Assembly: GCA_014762495.1 (NCBI GenBank)
Contig: JABURT010000070.1
Location: 82,638-146,637, forward strand
Length of the DNA: 64,000 nt
Direction: 5' to 3'
DNA from: Gammaproteobacteria bacterium
Lineage (GTDB): Bacteria > Pseudomonadota > Gammaproteobacteria > Thiohalospirales > Thiohalospiraceae
Shown in pieces: positions 62,180 to 64,000 of this stretch. The translations under genes were made by a program, and so were the position numbers. The notes beneath the pieces were generated by a model. The model was given only the letters and a program-made list of their open reading frames with translations. It was not told the origin of the DNA and made no database searches. Numbering within the stretch: position 1 is the stretch's first letter; every line of letters begins with the position of its first letter.

Positions 62180-64000
62180 ATGTTTCGTCGTGGAGGGAAA
62201 GGTCAAAGGAAGATGTTACCGAAATTTATGTCTCCGCTGTCGAGATGGCGACTTAGTCCCGCGATGATCACGGTAGTTGGCTTTATAGTGGTGATATCCG
62301 CCGTAAGCACACTGATGCTTGTCAGTTTCCGCCATATGGCTGCCATGCAGGCCGGCATCGAGGAGATCTCGGTCCGTTACAATCGTAAGGCCAGCCTGAC
62401 CTATGCCATGAACGAAGCGATCAACCAGCGCATGGCTCTGGTGCGCGACTTAATGCTGGAGCCCGAACGATTCAAGCGCGAACAATTGCTACAGCGCTTC
62501 TATCATTACGGTTGGGAGTTCCAGAAAAATTATCAAGAGATGATGACGCTGAGCCTGGATCGGGAGAGCGAAAGGTTACTTGAACAGGTAATCACACGCA
62601 TTCAAGAGTCTTCCAGTATACGAGAGCGCGTCGAAAACCTGGTTACGAATAGCAAACCTGCCGACAGGGAAGAACTCCTCTCTACCGTTATCACTATTCA
62701 CCGGCTGATTATCAGCCAACTGAATGAGTTGGCCTCCTTGCAACACAGTCACAACATGTCCCAACTAAAAGTGGCGCGTGAAGACTACCACCACACCCGA
62801 GACATTCTAGCTTTTATATTTGTCATTATTTTGTTGTCGGCCCTGCTGATAACGATCCGTATCAGCCGATATATCCGTAACAATGCACGCAGTCTGACAC
62901 AAATGGCCCACGATAAATCCATGCTTCTGGCCACGATGAGTCATGAGATTCGCACCCCGCTGACTTCTATTATCGGTTTTGGCGAGAGCCTGCTTGATGT
63001 CAATAACACCAAGGAAGAACGCATTAGCGCGATCAATGCAATATTACGCAATAGTCACCACTTGCATGGAGTGATCAATAATGTACTCGACTATTCGAAG
63101 ATCGATTCCAATCAAATGGAGATCAATGATGACTGGATCGACCTCAAGGCATGCATGGATGATCTGCAGTATATGATGCAAGGGCGTGCTCAGTCTAAGG
63201 GCCTGAGTTTCGATATTCTTTCTAATGGGCCAATACCGGCTCGTATCCACAATGATGAGATGCGCCTGCGCCAGGTGTTGATCAATCTTGCCAATAATGC
63301 GATTAAGTTTACCGAGCAGGGTTCGGTTACGGTGACGGTTGAGTGTGAGGAGACAGGACCTACACTTAAATTCATGATTGAAGATACAGGTATCGGTATG
63401 AGCGAGAAGCAAATTCGAAACCTGTTCACTCCCTACCGGCAATTTACCCAGTCTCAGCAACAGGAAGGCACCGGTCTTGGTCTCTACATCTCGCGTGAGA
63501 TGACTCATTTAATGGGTGGTGAACTGGAGGTACAGAGCGAGCCGACTGTGGGCAGCCGCTTTACACTGAGTATACCGACAGGAGACATAAATGGCGTGGA
63601 ACGTATCGAGTGGACCGGTCCCCTGTTTGATGCCGTCCAGGAGATTATCAGCCAGCGGGTTCATCTAAGCGGACGCGTGTTGCTGGCAGACGATCTCAAA
63701 GATAATCAGAAGCTGTTCTCCATTTTGTTGGACAAAACAGGTATTGATTTGACCATTGTGAATAACGGTCGCGAGGCCGTGGATGAGGCTCTGGCGCATG
63801 AGTATTCACTGATCCTCATGGATATGAAAATGCCGGTCATGGATGGCGTGACGGCGACACGAGAATTACGAGCAAAAGGATATAACAAGCCAATTGTCGC
63901 CTTGACCGCCAATGATACTCAAAGCGAGCGACAGGCCTGCCGTGAGGCTGGCTTCGATGGCTTTCTGAGTAAGCCGATTGAACGGACATCGTTCAATGCA
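62180..64000 (+). CDS. Hybrid sensor histidine kinase / response regulator, 3' end cut by window edge
   Basis: My own translation starts at ATG 62180 (RBS AGAGGGA; second in-frame ATG at 62213): MFRRGGKGQRKMLPKFMSPLSRW... A TM helix, a helical periplasmic domain of about 170 aa, then a second TM helix. H-box MSHEIRTPLTSIIGF. NLANNAIKFT, DTGIGMS, GTGLGLYIS. Receiver VLLADDLKDNQ...SLILMDMKMPVMDG...ALTAND...KP. Not in the ORF track because it has no stop in the window. Confidence 0.88.
   Translation, partial: MFRRGGKGQRKMLPKFMSPLSRWRLSPAMITVVGFIVVISAVSTLMLVSFRHMAAMQAGIEEISVRYNRKASLTYAMNEAINQRMALVRDLMLEPERFKREQLLQRFYHYGWEFQKNYQEMMTLSLDRESERLLEQVITRIQESSSIRERVENLVTNSKPADREELLSTVITIHRLIISQLNELASLQHSHNMSQLKVAREDYHHTRDILAFIFVIILLSALLITIRISRYIRNNARSLTQMAHDKSMLLATMSHEIRTPLTSIIGFGESLLDVNNTKEERISAINAILRNSHHLHGVINNVLDYSKIDSNQMEINDDWIDLKACMDDLQYMMQGRAQSKGLSFDILSNGPIPARIHNDEMRLRQVLINLANNAIKFTEQGSVTVTVECEETGPTLKFMIEDTGIGMSEKQIRNLFTPYRQFTQSQQQEGTGLGLYISREMTHLMGGELEVQSEPTVGSRFTLSIPTGDINGVERIEWTGPLFDAVQEIISQRVHLSGRVLLADDLKDNQKLFSILLDKTGIDLTIVNNGREAVDEALAHEYSLILMDMKMPVMDGVTATRELRAKGYNKPIVALTANDTQSERQACREAGFDGFLSKPIERTSFNA

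Noticed and set aside
1-64000. Window-wide scan for CRISPR arrays, IS or transposon ends, prophage or integron features, restriction-modification, toxin-antitoxin or other defence modules
   Set aside because: I noticed no spaced direct-repeat array, no transposase, integrase or recombinase ORF, no nuclease/helicase/methyltransferase cluster, and no small overlapping gene pair with a TA-like signature in the ORF track or the sequence.

Overview
This window reads as GC-rich chromosomal core DNA, probably from an autotrophic (phosphoribulokinase-encoding) gammaproteobacterium. I call about 59 protein genes and one tRNA-Phe(GAA). I saw no rRNA, CRISPR array, IS element, integrase, phage gene or recognisable defence gene. 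Well-supported housekeeping genes are mutY-yggX, thiS-thiG-trmB, mak, prk, rimO, yjbQ, uppP, cca, an HU-family protein and a P-type ATPase. The clearest property of the window is signalling density: 10 of about 59 genes. These are three GGDEF or GGDEF-EAL proteins, six hybrid histidine kinases that each carry a fused receiver, and one orphan receiver. The kinase genes look visibly AT-richer than their neighbours. I did not find a convincing, clearly novel multi-gene system. The best candidates for follow-up are: (i) a tight OMP + ZnuA-like + ZnuB-like cluster with no ABC ATPase, preceded by a small unknown ORF; (ii) a lipoprotein gene whose signal peptide and mature part lie in different frames, next to an M6 metalloprotease with a CFIATAA-type C-terminal anchor; (iii) a 333-nt gene-free region with GC-rich hairpins and its own intrinsic terminator; (iv) ThiS with seven residues after the Gly-Gly; (v) an HU protein with a histone-H1-like Lys/Ala N-terminal tail; (vi) a pseudo-hydrolase/TlpA fusion. 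All functional calls rest on motif recognition by eye from the supplied translations. No database search was run.
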